DNA from: Auanema rhodensis
Taxonomy: Eukaryota > Animalia > Nematoda
Length of the DNA stretch: 64,000 nt
Assembly: GCA_964057225.1 (NCBI GenBank)
Contig: OZ059895.1
Span: forward strand, 3,720,001-3,784,000
Reading direction: 5' to 3'
The number at the start of each line of letters is the position of its first letter. The first letter of the stretch is position 1. This document shows positions 62,201 to 64,000 of this stretch, piece by piece. The position numbers and the translations under genes were made by a program. Under the pieces are notes generated by a model. That model saw nothing but the letters and a program-made list of their open reading frames with translations. It searched no databases and was not told the origin of the DNA.

Positions 62201-64000
62201 AGATTTTCTAACTTTTATTCAGTTTGTTTTTTAAACTTTGATTAAGAACTTTGATTTTTGTACACCCATAAATTATACGCAGCACAGGTTACCCTTAAAT
62301 AATGAACTGACCGACTAATCAGACATGGATCTTTCCTAGTTCTGTTGCTTGAATGGATGTTTTCCTACGTAGGCTAGTAAAACATGCCCTTCAAAGCATC
62401 AGAACATGTGATCACATTCCAATTTTTTTGTATCTATCTTGTAAAGATAGTAATAAACTTCGATTTTTGTACACCCATAAATTATACGCAGCACAGGTTA
62501 CCCTTAAATAATGAACTGACCGACTAATCAGACATGGATCTTTCCTAGTTCTGTTGCTTGAATGGATGTTTTCCTACGTAGGCTAGTAAAACATGCCCTT
62601 CAAAGCATCAGAACATGTGATCACATTCCAATTTTTTTTTTATCTATCTTGTAAAGATAGTAATATATCATATGTTGAACACTATGTTGGAAAGATTTTA
62701 ATTCAGATTTTCTAACTTTTATTCAGTTTGTTTTTTAAACTTTGATTAAGAACTTTGATTTTTGTACACCCATAAATTATACGCAGCACAGGTTACCCTT
62801 AAATAATGAACTGACCGACTAATCAGACATGGATCTTTCCTAGTTCTGTTGCTTGAATGGATGTTTTCCTACGTAGGCTAGTAAAACATGCCCTTCAAAG
62901 CATCAGAACATGTGATCACATTCCAATTTTTTTGTATCTATCTTGTAAAGATAGTAATATATCATATGTTGAACACTATGTTAGAAAGATTTTAATTCAG
63001 ATTTTCTAACTTTTATTCAGTTTGTTTTTTAAACTTTGATTAAGAACTTTGATTTTTGTACACCCATAAATTATACGCAGCACAGGTTACCCTTAAATAA
63101 TGAACTGACCGACTAATCAGACATGGATCTTTCCTAGTTCTGTTGCTTGAATGGATGTTTTCCTACGTAGGCTAGTAAAACATGCCCTTCAAAGCATCAG
63201 AACATGTGATCACATTCCAATTTTTTTGTATCCATTTTGTAAAGATAGTAATAAACTTTGATTTTTGTACACCCATAAATTATACGCAGCACAGGTTACC
63301 CTTAAATAATGAACTGACCGACTAATCAGACATGGATCTTTCCAAGTTCTGTTGCTTGAATGGATGTTTTCCTACGTAGGCTAGTAAAACATGCCCTTCA
63401 AAGCATCAGAACATGTGATCACATTCCAATTTTTTTGTATCTATCTTGTAAAGATAGTAATAAACTTCGATTTTTGTACACCCATAAATTATACGCAGCA
63501 CAGGTTACCCTTAAATAATGAACTGACCGACTAATCAGACATGGATCTTTCCTAGTTCTGTTGCTTGAATGGATGTTTTCCTACGTAGGCTAGTAAAACA
63601 TGCCCTTCAAAGCATCAGAACATGTGATCACATTCCAATTTTTTTGTATCTATCTTGTAAAGATAGTAATATATCATATGTTGAACACTATGTTGGAAAG
63701 ATTTTAATTCAGATTTTCTAACTTTTAATCAGTTTGTTTTTTAAACTTTGATTAAGAACTTTGATTTTTGTACACCCATAAATTATACGCAGCACAGGTT
63801 ACCCTTAAATAATGAACTGACCGACTAATCAGCCATGGATCTTTCCTAGTTCTGTTGCTTGAATGGATGTTTTCCTACGTAGGCTAGTAAAACATGCCCT
63901 TCAAAGCATCAGAACTTGTGATCACATTCCAATTTTTTTGTATCTATCTTATAAAGATAGTAATATATCATATGTTGAACACTATGTTGGAAAGATTTTA
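50300..64000 (+). repeat. ~8.0-8.3-kb higher-order duplication in the right-hand domain
   Basis: The private SNP trio cctaCttctg (50931), ggatcAtt (51218) and tatctCg (51829) recurs at +8010. The T10 variant (~54327) and cagCcatgg (55528) recur at +8305. Confidence 0.88.

Larger units (their letters stand above)
1..64000. repeat. Dimorphic tandem satellite array of 209-bp and 294-bp monomers (145 L + 101 S + 1 partial L), head-to-tail, truncated by the right window edge
   Basis: The same core (aactttgatttttgtacacccataaa...ggttacccttaaataatgaactgaccgactaatcagacatgg...cctacgtaggctagtaaaacatg...gtaaagatagtaata) recurs across the entire window. Every spacing between ORF-track copies decomposes as a*294+b*209 with small +1/+2 corrections (e.g. 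294, 503, 797, 1215, 1973, 2012). 145*294+101*209+15 from start 3 gives 63757, the start of the last partial monomer. Confidence 0.99.

Noticed and set aside
1-64000. CRISPR array
   Set aside because: There are no unique spacers, the units are 209/294 bp, and there are no cas genes.
1-64000. Tandem 5S rRNA, tRNA, snRNA or spliced-leader gene array (the 503-bp period resembles some 5S units)
   Set aside because: I see no recognisable 5S, tRNA cloverleaf/box A-B or snRNA sequence on either strand, and GC is too low for 5S. An Infernal/Rfam scan would settle it.
1-64000. L/S order as a deliberate information code or a single fixed HOR
   Set aside because: The order is explained by overlapping block duplications at many different offsets. 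No single period spans the window, and nothing supports a coding role.
1-64000. Strand inversions or transposon insertions interrupting the array
   Set aside because: All spacings sum exactly to monomer multiples on the + strand, leaving no room for foreign or inverted sequence.

Overview
The whole 64-kb window is one uninterrupted, head-to-tail, AT-rich tandem repeat (satellite DNA) array in a single orientation. I see no genes, RNA genes, transposon ORFs, CRISPR spacers or unique DNA. There are two monomer classes. The short monomer (S) is 209 bp (~35% GC). The long monomer (L) is 294 bp (~32% GC) and equals the same 209-bp core plus a fixed 85-bp segment (~24% GC). Decomposing the spacings between ORF-track copies and walking both ends gives 145 complete L, 101 S and one truncated L. 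With 13 minor length variants (295 bp or 211 bp), this sum reproduces the window length exactly. L and S are interleaved in an irregular binary order. Private SNPs reveal nested higher-order duplications (offsets 503, 1132, 1509, 3691, 3861, 6672, 7297, 8010/8305, 16400 and ~21.8 kb) and regional variant domains. The 45 near-identical 60/70-aa ORFs are by-products of the repeat. This looks like eukaryotic heterochromatic, possibly (peri)centromeric, satellite DNA. I cannot name the organism or the satellite family from sequence alone, and I found no new gene system. The interest is in the repeat architecture.
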